Shown here: one piece after another, positions 10,486 to 23,600 of the stretch
How the letters are laid out: each line of letters starts with the position of its first letter
Position numbering within the stretch: the first letter of the stretch is position 1
Assembly: GCA_017654855.1 (NCBI GenBank)
Contig: CM030332.1
Span: 7,626,001 to 7,690,000, forward strand
Source: Podospora anserina
Lineage: Eukaryota
Length of the DNA stretch: 64,000 nucleotides
Reading direction: 5' to 3'
Translations under genes and position numbers: made by a program
Notes under the pieces: generated by a model
Databases searched by the model: none
The model's input: the letters and a program-made list of their open reading frames with translations, nothing else
What the model was told of the DNA's origin: nothing

Positions 10486-12779
10486 ATGCCACTTCGAATC
10501 ACGTCATGGAATGGTAAGCTACCGTCTCTCCAATTCCACCAGTTTCTGGTTCGGTCTAACATCATATACATAGTCAATGGCATCAGGTTTGCACCCGCCT
10601 AGTTGAGCCTGCGTGTGGAGATCGCTTGTCTGACCAGCTCCAGAAATCCATTCGGGTATGAGCCATGGCGCGCAAACCGCACCTATCAGGTAGGAGCTGT
10701 GGTGCTGCTCTGGCAGAGGTTCAAAGAAACTGACGGACTGTAGGCAATGTTCGACACGCTGGAGGCAGACATTGTTGTCGTGCAAGAGGCCAAGATCCAG
10801 CGCAAGGACCTGCAGGATGACATGGTCTTGATTCCAGGATGGGATGTCTACTTCAGCCTCCCCAAGCATAAGAAGGGTATTTCTTCCCTTCTTTATGTCC
10901 TGTTTTGGCTTGGTTTCTGAATCTCTCTCAGGCTATTCTGGAGTTGCCATTTACACTCGTTCTTCCAAGTGCGCTCCCATCCGCGCCGAGGAAGGCATCA
11001 CCGGCATCCTCTGCCCACCAAACTCCTCCACAACTTTCAGAGACCTTCCAGAAGACCAACAGATCGGAGGTTATCCGAGACCAGGACAGCTTTCCGGCGA
11101 AGTTGACGAAGCCACACTTGACTCTGAGGGCCGCTGTGTCATCCTGGAGTTTCCAGCTTTTGTTCTCGTAGGAGTCTACAGCCCAGCAACCCGAGACGAA
11201 TCACGAGACGAGTTCCGCCATGCTTTCACTGAAGCCATGGACGTCAGAGTACGCAATCTTGTCGCGATGGGAAAGGAGGTGGTTCTTACCGGTGATCTCA
11301 ACATCATTCGCTCAGAATTGGACACGGCCGGTCTGGTCGAACAATTACGAAAGGAAGAAGTGAGTCTTGATGACTTCTTCTCCAGTCCGTCCCGCCGCTT
11401 TCTCAACCAAATAGTATTTGGGGGACGTGTGGTTGGGACAAGAGACGAGGGCCGTGAGGAAGCTGTTCTATGGGACCTCTGCAGGGAATTCCATCCCACC
11501 CGTACCGGAATGTACACTTGCTGGGATACTCGGAAAAATTGCAGGCCGGGGAACTTTGGGAGCCGGATTGATTACGTTCTCTGCAGCTCTGGAATCAAGG
11601 ACTGGTTCATCGACGCCAACATCCAGGAGGGTCTTCTCGGTTCTGACCACTGCCCAGTCTATGCCACCATGGGCGATACTGTCAATCACAACGGCACGAC
11701 GGTTCCCATTACCGATGTCATGAACCCCACGGGCATGTTCAAGGACGGCGAACGGCAACGAGAGTGGACCATTAAAGATGCCCTCCCAACTTCGGCAAAG
11801 CTGATACCAGAATTTACCAACCGACGGAGCATCAAGGACATGTTCTTCAAGAAGCCTAGAGCGACGATCAAGCCAACGACAGCAACAGCCATGCCTGGCG
11901 GTCAAGACCCACCTCCTCTCACCATTACCATCTCTACGGGCCCTGAGAAAGACTCTTGGGCCCAGGGCGATCTGGCCTCCTCACAGCCATCGAGTCAAGT
12001 CACAGCACCCCCAAGCTCAGGCAGCACACTTCTGGCCTCTCCGCAAAAGCCACCAGCGAAACGCCTAGCAGTCGCTTCCCCTGCTAAAAGACCACAGAAG
12101 AAGGGAAAGGTCACACTTGCGAAAGAGCCGTCCAAGACTGGTGCGAGTGCCTCCCAGGGCACGCTGAAAAGCTTCTTCAAGCCCAAGACACCCGTTCCCA
12201 GCCCAAGCCAGGAGCCAACTGGCACGGACAACACAGCCTCGGCCACAGCAGATATTTCTACAGCTTCAGAGTTGCTACCAGCAGAATTACCCCCTGAAAT
12301 CCAAAGCCCCAACCAATCTTTGAAAGGGAGCGCCGAAAGCTCTGCCAAGGAAACGCCCCTGACGACCGTCCCAACTGACGACAAGGTCTTTGATCCTATT
12401 GAGAACAAAGCCTCCTGGTCTAAGCTCCTTGGCAAGCGCGTCGTCCCAAAGTGTGAGCATGGCGAGGATTGCGTATCGAGGATAACGAAGAAGCCGGGGG
12501 TCAATTGTGGTGTGTTCTTCCCCCTCATCCCTTCTCTGCCCACTGCTTGTTCGTTTGTCTCTCTGATGTCTGAACTTTGCCCCCGTCATCGTCGATCATG
12601 TCTTTTCTGTGATGAAGCTGACCACGATGTTTGCTGCAACAGGCCGGTCCTTCTTCATGTGCGCCCGTCCCACGGGTCCGTCTGGCAAGAAGGAGGACGG
12701 GACGACGGAATTCTGCTGCAAGACCTTCATCTGGAGCAGCGAGTGGAAGCCTAGCTCTTCGGCGTCGTTGTCTGGCTAG
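10486..12779 (+). CDS. APN2: AP endonuclease 2 (ExoIII family) with C-terminal GRF zinc finger, 644 aa. Exons 10486..10513, 10574..10586, 10644..10689, 10744..10876, 10932..12509, 12643..12779
   Basis: Spliced product contains MPLRITSWNVNGIRNPFGY..QEAK..GYSGVA..DSEGR..GDLN..SRIDY..GSDHCPV and zf-GRF CEHGEDC..KKPGVNCGRSFFMCARP..FIW. All five introns are GT-AG with branch sites. Confidence 0.95.
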
Positions 12780-14492
12780 TGGTCTCAGAACAGTGGTGTT
12801 GATCTGCATTTTGCTACTCGACGGCTACTTGGGGATTTTGGAACGGGGAGTTTGGGCGTTGAATGATAGGAAAAAGGATGATGGGGATGATACATATTAG
12901 CATGTGGCATGGCATCTACCATGATCTGGCTATCTTTTGCGTCACGAGCACGTTGCTTTGGCTTGGGGAAGAAGACAGGCAGTGGGAAGAGAGGAGGAGT
13001 TGGCAGACTGAAGGGAAGTGCCAAAGAGGCAGTTGGCCTAGAACAAGGGTAATCGAGCTACTTGCTTGATCCAGACGGTATCAGGCGCTGTCCATTTTGC
13101 CCGTCTAGCTTAGCCCCAATGACAACTCTTGGTTTGTGCATGCTCGGGTTTCCGACATTGGATATGGCCTGCGAGGAAACGGCAGTTTGACAATGAAGAG
13201 TCAGTGTGAGGAGAATAGTTGTTTTCTATGGTGATGATCTGTTCCGAAGTTTTTTTTTTTTTTTTTGGGGGGGATGCAGCGGCTTGATGGCCTCGTTGAG
13301 TCTTGATATTTTGTACCACCACCCATCTGGGATCAGGGGTTAGCTTCTTCGTCTATCACTGGCAACACCCACCAAGGTGGAAGTCGTGTGATTTATCTCT
13401 GGGTGGTCTCAGGATGGACTGGGGGATCTTGTGTTGATGATGGGCTTCACTCCGCCGCCGTCACTTCGGTCTCTGGGCTCTTCTCTGCTTCGTCATGCCC
13501 TCATTGGTGTCTCCATGCGGTACTGGTAAACTCTAACTGTCGAGGACATGGCAAGACAAAACAATTCATTCCCAACCACCAAATGATCTCGACGGCGGAC
13601 TTCGTGATGATCATCTCTCAATGATGACAAAGACTTTCTCGAGAACAATCACCTCTTCACATCAAGACAAGCGGTTCAAGATCACAAGCACGAGGAACCA
13701 TCAGAAATCTGGGTATGCACTTGATTGTTGTACAGACAAAAGAAACTAGTTGCGAGCTTTGAACGAACGTCTTCTTTGAACCCCTTGAGCCAGGTCATTC
13801 CGTTCGTCAAACTCATCCATCCATGTGCCCAACCTCCACCAGTGATGACCGTCAATATGATCCTCCTCGAGATTATGTACCACTGAGAAAAGAGAATGAA
13901 AACAAATAGAAAATAAGTAAAATGAAAGAAACAGCCCACCGTCCCAACACCCAACTCCCCGCTCCGCCCCAACATTGTAAAATGGTATCCATCCGCCAGA
14001 CTCCTGTTATCCATGCCCAAATCCCAAATCCGAACCATGAAGAAAAGAGAAGTATGAGAAGGGGTATCATCCTCCAAGAACCAAACCTCTTCGCTTGAGA
14101 ACATCGCCGCCGGTGAAAATGGCAGGGATCGCAGGGTATGCTGATGTGTTGATATGAAACAAGTCATTCAGAGAAAAAGCCGTGCAAATGTCGTCATAAT
14201 TCCATGTTGTTGTACCAGGAAGCAGATTCTTCGTCAGGTAATCGAGTATGTTGTGTTACAAACTGTGTCGCATCCAGTGAAAGCTTTGAAGCTAGAAGAG
14301 AGGTCAGCAACCGTGTGTAGAGAGAGAGAGGGGTGATACGACTTACCATTCTGAACCAACGTCTGGTGCATAGGTCATCGCCCATTGGGCGGCAAACCTT
14401 GGGCGAAAGGTTGCAATGACTGAATAGAGTCAGGAGCTGTGGACACACATTGCATAGAATGGTTGCAGTGATGAGAGACTGCAGCGACGCCG

Positions 14493-15526
14493 TTAGTTGT
14501 TGAGGCTGCCCAGATTCATCACAGGGTCGTTGAGATCCGCGGTGGTCAACGAACTCGTGGCCTGCACCGGATACTGGAGCACCGGGTTCGTGACCGGCAC
14601 TGGATACTGGGAGACAGCCTTGATAGTGCTGAAGAGCTTGCGGCGCTCATTCCGGGTGCGGCGTGCCTGGTACCGGTACCCAGGATACGCCAGTTTGTGC
14701 TTGCGGTCTTCCTCCACCGCGAGAGCCTTGAAGTGAGCTTTGACCTGGGGTGTCTCCCCCTTCCAAGCCTTAGCGACGATGGACGCTGTGAAAATTAGCA
14801 ATTGTGAACACGCAGCAAAAAGCGTGACAAGGGCTTACAAATAGCACCAGCTGTCAAGCCGGGGTTGTCCTCGTGGAGCCGAGCAGACATCCACTGGCGG
14901 TAGATGATGAACTGGTTGCGGGGGCGACGAATATGTTCCTTGGTTGTGACCGCAACACTCTGGACCATAGTATCCCTGTTCGACTCAGGCGAGACAGGAG
15001 CCATGGCAGGATAAACAGCCGGAACCGCATCAGCAGTGGGAACTCGCTCGACAGTGGGAACTAGATCGCCAATAGTCACTGAGATGCGTCAGCAATCTGA
15101 AGGATCAAATCTGTCCAGGAAATTCTTACCAGTCGTGTGAATGACATCGAAAATGCTCGTATCCAGACGAAAGGCCAAAGCAAGGGTCGTGATGTAGTAG
15201 AGCATACTGTGCTTCCTGTGAACAATAGCGGTGTCGAGACCATCGTTCATTTTGCTGCAATGAGTCGAATTAACAATCAATGTCAATGAGCATTAAAGAC
15301 GATCAAGAGTTGCATACCTGAAGTTGGTGGCAGCGACGGCCAAGGCGCTGACGACTTCAATATCATCATGATCGTCCGCAACATGCTGGACAACTGTCTC
15401 ATGATCGACCAGAATGAAGGACAGGATGTGCGAGTCGTTGATGATGGGGATATCCATCTTGTCAGAGTACCAGACACGGGCGATGGTAGCGGGAGAGTTG
15501 ACGGGAGTGGAGTTGGAGACATCCAT
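14493..15526 (-). CDS. SMR2: Mating-type HMG-box protein MAT1-1-3 (SMR2), 288 aa. Exons 15526..15318, 15254..15130, 15078..14839, 14785..14493
   Basis: HMG box [75 protein letters not shown], with the conserved intron at the Ser codon. Three GT-AG introns restore one frame. Confidence 0.95.
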
Positions 15527-16183
15527 TGTAATTCACTGGTTATGGTTTGCGTAGTCGAGGTGGTGGTGCGATTCTTGAGAAAGGAAAGGTGAGAATATCT
15601 CTTGATGGAAAGTTCAGAGAGAGTCTGAAGAAGGAAGACTTTGGAAGTTCGGAAAAGAGGTCGCAATGACGGTGAAGTTGTGGTTGATGAATGGGGAGAG
15701 AAATTGAGAAGAGGTGAACAGAAGAAAACAAGAGTTGAAGAAGGGGGGGGGTGGAAGGAATTAAATAAATCGAAGGGCTGCTCTCTTCAAGCAGCGAGCA
15801 AAATATTGTGGGTTGGAAAAGGCAGAAGGCTGGGAAGCTTGCTTGGTGAGGAAGGAGCAACCCACAGAGAGAGAACAATACTAAGGGAGTGGCAGAATAA
15901 TATCAGGCAGCGAACTGGGTGGATGAGGGTCGGGCGACCACACCAGATGCGAATATTCACTCCCTTAGTATTATGGGACCCTCTACCCCCACTGTGCACA
16001 GTATTTTCTTTGGAAGGGTTGGGTTTCTGGCAGAGCTCTCAGCCAGCTGTGTGGAAGTGAAGAGTCTCTTGTTAAAGTATTTCACCACCAAAGGTCGCGC
16101 ATATAATGAATATCACGGACATGGATTCAACATCCTCGCATTCGAGCGACGGTGATTATTGTGCTAGCCCCACGCATGCAAAT

Positions 16184-17452
16184 ATGGACCACCGAGATCT
16201 ATCCCAGGTAAGTAGATGCCGTTTCTTGAATATATATCAGCGACGCTTGCTAAGCCAGTTCATGTACAGGTTACGCTTTTAATGGAGTCAACTTTGATCC
16301 GCACTGCTCTCCGTACCGACATCCAGCAATTTGAGAAATCCTTCGAGCAGATCATCGAGCAGGCTGGTGTGTTTTTGGCAACTACAGAAGAGCATTTCAT
16401 ATCACTTTCGCTGGTCGTCATGGATGAAGATGTACTGATCCGCCATCTCTGTGGATTTCTTGCCTCGAAACTTGCCATTGAAGGGTTTCTCTCTTTCCAT
16501 CAACAGACAATACAGCGTACATCAGGAGGAGATGCTTCACTTGCGAAACAAGTGAAGGCTGCCACAGTGTTTGTGTTGGAGCTCATTCAGACTTTGATAT
16601 ACCACAAAGAGGCGGCTGACTACCCAGGGAAACACCTGGGCATGATGTACGATCGCGATGTCAAGTATTTTGGGGGCACTCTTTTCCACCTCAACCCCCA
16701 GGTCAATCTTGACGAGGAACTTCCCGAGTTGGACGATTACTACGAAGATGTTGATGAGCTCACCAACTACTACCACGGCGAGAAGCTTTCACACCCCCTG
16801 AGACAGCTCCCTGGCAATCCTTGGCATAAGTTCTTCGGAAACTTCCCAGAAACCCGTGTTGAACATGCCGCAGACACCGCTCTCTTCAGGGAGAATCCAC
16901 GTCCTGGAGACCTCACTGTTTCCATTCCTGGTACCATTCTCTTTTTGATACCAGAATTCCGTCAAGAGCATGAGAAATTCAGGCAACTGATGCTAGAAGT
17001 AAGCCAAACCTTCAAGACTTCAACTATTCCGTCAAGTTTCAAGAATTTATTTGATTTTTTAACACATTTACAGCATAGTCAGCTTCCGTTGCCCCTGTTG
17101 TTGGAGGAGGCGAGAAAGGAGAGGGTTCAAGTCATTCAGCGCCGCCTGGCCAATGTGCACCATGGCAATGTTGAATATGACAGCCTTGAACCTTTGTGTA
17201 GAGAGAATACTGATATGGTATGCGAAATACCGCGTGGCTTAATGGGCTGGAAAACAATTGCTAATCTTGAGTACGCAGATACCCCGTCCTGAATACACTC
17301 TTGAGGGAAACAGAACATTTGGAATGCAGAACCTCACCGTCAACTCACCCGACCTAATCGGCGATGCTCTTCCTGAAGGCCGGATTGCAAATGTGGCATC
17401 TCAGTTGGAGGGGTTCCCCGCACGATTTCTATTCACTAATAAGAATAAGTGA
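16184..17452 (+). CDS. SMR1: Mating-type protein MAT1-1-2 (SMR1, PPF/HPG domain), 356 aa. Exons 16184..16207, 16270..16998, 17074..17217, 17279..17452
   Basis: MAT1-1-2 motif HPLRQLPGNPWHKFFGNF. Divergent from SMR2 and upstream of FMR1. Three GT-AG introns give 1071 nt. Confidence 0.93.
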
Positions 17453-17786
17453 ATGTAGAACTGGGACAGAAATGAACAGAATATAGAGACGGGGTAAGGC
17501 TGCGGAGATATTTGAACAGGGAGATGATCCAGCAGCCCCTTGATGCACTTCAACTCAGAATGCAGATGTATTCAGAGCAATATACAATTCTGATGCTGAT
17601 TCAAAAGTACCATTAGTGAATTAATGAGGTGTATGCCACGGGTGTGAAATTGCTCAAAGGTTTGCCTTCATTTCATCCCATCTTGGTCTATCAGCTTCGC
17701 GGACGATGATTGCTCTTCACCTTAGGTAATCACATGAGCGTCTTTCTTCAGCCAAACGGGGCAGACGGGGCAGACGTGGCAGTCAT

Positions 17787-17795
17787 TTCTTTGTT
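17787..17795 (+). promoter_or_regulatory. TR-box-like HMG factor site TTCTTTGTT (= AACAAAGAA) in the FMR1 promoter
   Basis: 9-bp match to the Ste11-type TR-box core, about 145 nt upstream of the FMR1 ATG; an AACAAT follows at 17807..17812. Confidence 0.6.
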
Positions 17796-17938
17796 GGCTA
17801 TCCTGCAACAATTTTCGCTCGCCTTTCAACGCAGTTTTCCCGTCTTTACCAGATCACAACTTCGACCGACGTCCATCCACAAGACCAACCACCATCGATT
17901 TCCACCCTGCCAAATCGATACTTCTTCATACCATCACA

Positions 17939-18916
17939 ATGGCGGGAATCAACAGTATTTTGCAAACCTTTGAAGGCCTTGGAGAGGGCGATCGAGCCGA
18001 AACCATCAAAGTTCTGTCGGATATGATGCGCGAAGGCACACCGCGTCAGCCCGCCAAGAAGAAGGTCAACGGTTTCATGGGCTACCGATGTAAGAATCGC
18101 GACATTATCGCATTCAAAATTTCTGAAAGCTAATCAATGGGGAATGTAGCCTACTATTCCTCCATGTTCAGCCAACTGCCTCAAAAGGAACGATCACCCA
18201 TCCTCACGACTCTCTGGCAGCAAGACCCATTCCACAAGGAGTGGGACTTCATGTGTGCAGTTTATTCTGCGATTCGCGATCAGCTTGCCGAGCAAAATGT
18301 GACTTTGCAAACCTGGATTCAGTTTGCGGTTACTCCTCTGGGAATCGCTCCCCGTACTGGCTACATGGAAGCCCTTGGATGGGTTCTCACTCGACTCGAT
18401 GACGGTACTCATACCTTGCAGCGAATGGACGTTCCGGACATCAGATATCATCTTCAGCCCATGAATGGTCTCGGTCTCTTCCTCAGCTGTTTAAATGGTG
18501 GCCTCCCGATCTTCGATCCGCAAAACATTATCTCTCAGCTTTCCGATCCGGCATTCGACGTCATCTGTATCAACACGCAAGTTCCCAAAATTCCGGGCAC
18601 CTTCGACACCATGTCGGGCTTCCGACAGCTAGCAAAGCAGAATCCAGCTTTGGCGATGTCATCACTTTTCCAATTGCCGGATACGGATCCGTTGATCGCT
18701 CAAGGAGTTGGCATGTATGAGTTCCACAGCGTCGTTAGTCAACCCGTTCAGAACCACGGCATGCCGCCTACAACAGTGCCACCCATGGAGAGCCACAGCC
18801 ACGAAGATAACATGGACTTCGCCAAGATCAATGAAGCGGAGCTCGATGCAATTCTTACGATGTACGACACCAATACCAATGGATACATCGACCCAAATAA
18901 GCCCCAGGGGTTCTGA
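17939..18916 (+). CDS. FMR1: Mating-type alpha-box protein MAT1-1-1 (FMR1), 305 aa. Exons 17939..18089 and 18150..18916
   Basis: Alpha-1 domain PAKKKVNGFMGYRS|YYSSMFSQLPQKERSPILTTLWQQDPFHKEWDFMCAVYSAIR, with the conserved intron 18090..18149 (GTAAGA..GCTAAT..TAG). Confidence 0.97.
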
Positions 18917-20611
18917 CTGGACATTTCACGGACGAAATGAAGAGAGCAAGATCTCCCATGGCGGATATTCCGACCGAGGGCGGGAGGTCAGGAACAAAGA
19001 TAACCATCGCGGATGGGTACAAGAGGACGGGAGAGCTTGGAACAAGGAAAAGGGGCGGAAGCTGATATTTTTGATTCGTCGACGAATGGCATAAGGGAAT
19101 TGGCAATGGGGCATCACTTTATTTTCTTTCACATAAAGCTGCGAGCAGAGAGGGTCAACTACATCATCTTCCGGGGCTGCCGAGCATCATCACGGCAACG
19201 AGTGTTTGTTCTCGACAACCTCAATCTCATGTACATTAATTAGTGTCTCCTTCCCCCTTCCTCCTCTAGATAAACCCATCAAACTTTGGCTCCGACCAAA
19301 ACAAAAAAAAAAACCCCTATTTCTCGCATAACCGTTGCCAAGTGTGACATGTCGTCGATTTAAGGCTCAATGATCTGCCGCTAATGCAGGTAACCATCGG
19401 CCAAGCCCTTCAGCCGCAAAAAAAAAGCCCAGGGTGTGGCTCCCTGGCAAAGCCATATTTTTGGTGTAACGGTTGGTACGTGCGCACCAAACTGTTTTTG
19501 GGGTTGGATGGTGAGGGTCTAGGTGGGTTCTGTTTGTTCACGCTGTGATGGGTGGGGCTACTTTTCCCATCAATATTTTTTGGCATTTGTGCTCCGGGGA
19601 AGAAACCAGAGGGTTCTGGCTGGTGATGATGGGGGGGAACGACGAGCGCGCGGACCCTCACTGGCTAGGAAAATATGGGGAGGTTGGGGGGGCCAACTGG
19701 TGATGAGGTCAAAAAGCAGGTGGCTGGGGAGAGTATTCACCTGGCTTCCATCGCAAGAGCAAAAGTGAGGAAGGAACGAAATAGGCAGAATGGTAATGAC
19801 CTCAGCTTGCCCAATGTGGGCCATCAAGGTTCACAGGTGGCGAACCAGACGCGACGGCGTCAAGCAGCGACCTCACCTGCTCACGGTGGGTCATCAGCAA
19901 CTTTTGCTCTGGTCGACCGGGTCTCTGAGCCCCCAGATGAATGGCGAGGTCCTGACGCTCGAGTCCAAAGAGCGAGCGAGTCCTGACCCTCCAGTGACGA
20001 GCCCGAAGCCACCATATCGAGTTCCTTCGAGCAACCCTCACCGCTTTTTGGGCCATCGCAGTCAAGGGGGGCGTCAGACAGCCTGCTCCAAAACTCGATC
20101 ATCACCTCCCCTTCAACCCCAAAACATGACCACTCACAAACAGAAACCAAACATCCCATGTGGCAGACCATCTTCAGCCCAGGTCACAAAGAAACATTCA
20201 ATCTCACATGTCTCACTGCAGACGCCCACGTTCATCCAACAAGACATCCGACCAGTCAAGTCATGAAGAAGCAAAAATAACAGTCTCTTACAATTTGTCT
20301 TTCTCTCCAAATACATACATACATCCGAAGGCAAGTTTCCCCGAGAAAACCACCACCTACCCACCCACCCAACAGACAGGAGCATCATACAACCAAACAG
20401 TTACCAAACAATTACCACAAAAAAAAAGAAAAGGAAAAAAATAAATAAAAAAACCCCCAAAAAAAACCAGCTTTCATTCTTTTACCCCTCCCTACCCTGA
20501 TCTGCCTGCTGCCAAAGAGGGAAAGTGTGTGTGTGTGCTTCGAAACAAAAAGAATACTAAAATGTGACAGCCACCTCCGCTCAAAAACTCTCGGCCCCTT
20601 ATTCCTTCATC

Positions 20612-23600
20612 TCAATCCTCCTGATACGAAATCTTCCTCATCTCACCCAACCTGTGCCTGGCCGCAGACAGCGCATTCTCCAGCTGAAGAATCTCGACCT
20701 ATACAATTCATCACGTTAGCCACCCGCCTCACCACCATGCCCCGCGCGCGCCTTTAAAGGGAGGAAAAAAACATACCTGCTGCTCCATCTCCCGAACCTT
20801 AAACTCATGGCTCCCCAGCTTGCTATAATCAATCTGCTCATTCTCCATCCCGTTCCTCTCCTTGATGATGGCCTGCACCTGCCTCACCAACGCTCTGCAG
20901 GCCGCACCGACAGCCTTGCTCGCCTGCTCGAGGCTCTCCTGGCTCTTGCTCATGAAGCCGGCCTTGACCCTGCTGGCCGCCACCAGCTGCGCCGTCGAGG
21001 CGGCCACGTCATTGGAGGCAACAATCAGCTGCTCGGGGGTGTTCCTGTTGGAAATGACACCGTCGGCCGTCTCAATGAGGGTGTTGGTCGAGGTGGCCAC
21101 CGCCTTGGCAGCAGAGATCAAACCCTCGGTCCAGCGGTTGTTCTTCTTGTAGAAGGCCGTCTTGGAGGAGGAGCCCCTGCCGGCTTGGACGATTTCCTGC
21201 TGGGTGGCGGTGGCAGCCTTGATGAGCTGGGCGATGGCGGTGGTGATGGCCATGGCGGCGTCGAGAATAGAGTCGTGGACGCTGAGCTCGTAGGTGGAAT
21301 ACCCGTCGCGAGGCTTGTTCTTGAGCTTCTGGAGGCGAGCCACAGCAGCAGCAATGGCGTCAGCCGCACGGTTGAGTTCCTGGTCGACCATCTCGCCGAG
21401 GTCTCCCTTGTTGGCAAGCTTGCCGAAGCCGGGAGCGAAGCCCTCGACGGACTTGTTGAGCCTCTGCAGGTTCATCTGGACTTCGTTGTTGCTGTTGATG
21501 ACGACGTCTGTCTTCTGAAGGGGGTCCATCCCCTCCAGACGGAAGCTCAACAGGCTGCGGAAGAACTTGACCGTGGAGTGAGCCGACTGCCGGGCACCGT
21601 TGGCAAGGGCATCGGCCTTCTTCTCATCGGTGGCCAGACGCATGAGACCCTTGGAGTTGCTGCAGACATCGGCAACGGCACCCGAGAAGACGTTGATGTT
21701 CTTGATCAGCTCGGCGTGAGTGCTGTTGGGACCGTCGGCGATGAAGTTGTTGAAAGAGGTGGCGAACTCGGTGGCGCTGGCGGAAGCCTTCTCGATCTGT
21801 GACAAGACGTATGACGGCGAGGCATTCTGGTTACCGGCCTGCATGGTCGAGTCGAGCTCGTAAATGGCATCATCCACACGCTGGACGCCGGCCTGAAGAA
21901 CCGAGTCGATAATCTCGTTGATCTTGTCAAGCTGGGCCAGGATGATGGCGTCGAGCTGGCCGTCAAGAGCCTGGTCCGACACACCCTGGTTGTTCTTCAG
22001 CTCGTTGAGCTCGATCAGCGTCTGATCCATGCCGGCCTTGTACACCTCCAGCTCCTCCTCCTTCTCGCGGAGGAGCATCTCCAAGTCGGAACTCCCCTCC
22101 CTAAGCTTGGCCTGAGCATCCTCAAGAGCCCGCGTCTTGTTGCGCAGGGCCTCCTCGAGATCGGCCATCTCGCGGTTGTGCTTGGAAAGCATGGTGGAGA
22201 GCTCATTGCCCTTGCTGCGCTCCAGATTGTCCGCACGGTCGAGAGCCATGCGCAGCTCACGCCTGAGCTTCTCGACCTCGTCCTTGTTGGAACCCGTCAG
22301 CCTGTCCTTCTCGTGAAGAGCTCTATCACGCTCGCGAATCATGTCCGCTAGCTCGAGGTTCTTCGTCTTGATCTCGCGCTCCAGCTTCTCGCGCCTGTCG
22401 ATCGCCTCCTGGGCCGAGGCGGCCTTGAGCTGAACAGCCTTGAATTTCTGAAGAAGATCGAGGTGTTCGTGACGAAGCTGAGAGTAGAGCTTGGCGAGAG
22501 CCTCGTACTTTGACCTCCAAGTGTTGACCTGCTCCTGCAACGACCTGATCTGGTCGTCTCTGCTGGCGAGCTGCTGCCCAAAGTTGCCCTGGATTGTGGC
22601 CAGCTCGCCCTCGAGGGCCTTGACCCGCTGATCGTACTGCTGAAGCATGAGCTGATCACGCTCGTACTGGGCACGGGCGTTCAGGTTCTCTTGTTCCAGT
22701 TCCGCCAGCCGGCCCTGCGTCTGCCATTGCGCCTGCTGATTTCTCAGAGCCTCCTGTTCCCGCTGCTGCTGTTCCATCAGCCGCCGCTGCTGCTCCTCAA
22801 AGTCCCGTTGCGCCTGTAGCTGAGCCTGCTGTTGGGCATGAAGGGCCTGCTGCTGCTGGGCCTCCAACACGCGCTGCTGCTCCTCGTACTCGCGGTTCTG
22901 GCGATCAATCTCGCTCTTCCAGAACTCGTTCATCTGATCGGGCTCCTCGGACTTGGGTACCGGTGGCGGAGGAGTCGGCTGCTTCTCGATTTCTTGCTTG
23001 GGGCGGGCCGGCAACGCTGGCGCCGACTCATCCTCGGCGAGGAGGTTCGGTGGGTCTTGCGGAAGCTTCGGAATGGTGATGAGACTGGTGAGGTAGCGAA
23101 TATTGGAGCACTCGTAGTAGTACTTGACAAGGCGGTAGTGCTGAGCATTGTACCTCTCCCGAAGCGGCTCCAGGGCATCGTTGTCACCAGTGGCCGAGTG
23201 CATGGCCCGGAGCATGCTCGTGATGAACTTGTAGATACCATAACTCTCCGTGACGAGAGGCACAAGGGCCGAAATCCGGCATTCGTTCTGGCCAGTGGTT
23301 CGGAAGTGGGAGAAGATGAGCTTCTGGAACTGATCAATCTTGTCTTGCAGCATCATGAGGTCGGTGATGGTCTCGTATCCCTCGTTCGGGTCGTTGATAG
23401 CCTTGAGACTGATATACTCCTCGTACTCGAACGTGCCGTTGAACTCTGGGTGTTGCTGGTGGAACGAAAGCTTCGCGAGCAAGTAGTAGACATATTCCTT
23501 GATCAGTGGGCCGTATCCGCGCATGCCCTCGCCCGACATGCCGCGGTTCAAGCTATCGATCCACGACCTGTTGTTCAGCGCCTCCCTGAGGGTGCTGGGG

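Noticed and set aside
12510..12754. APN2 read-through C-terminus given in the ORF track
   Set aside because: Splicing 12510..12642 restores the zf-GRF domain in another frame.
13548..13886. Possible small plus-strand spliced gene between APN2 and SMR2 (GTATGC donor at 13713, CAG at 13793)
   Set aside because: No consensus branch site, no clear start and no recognisable similarity to MAT proteins.
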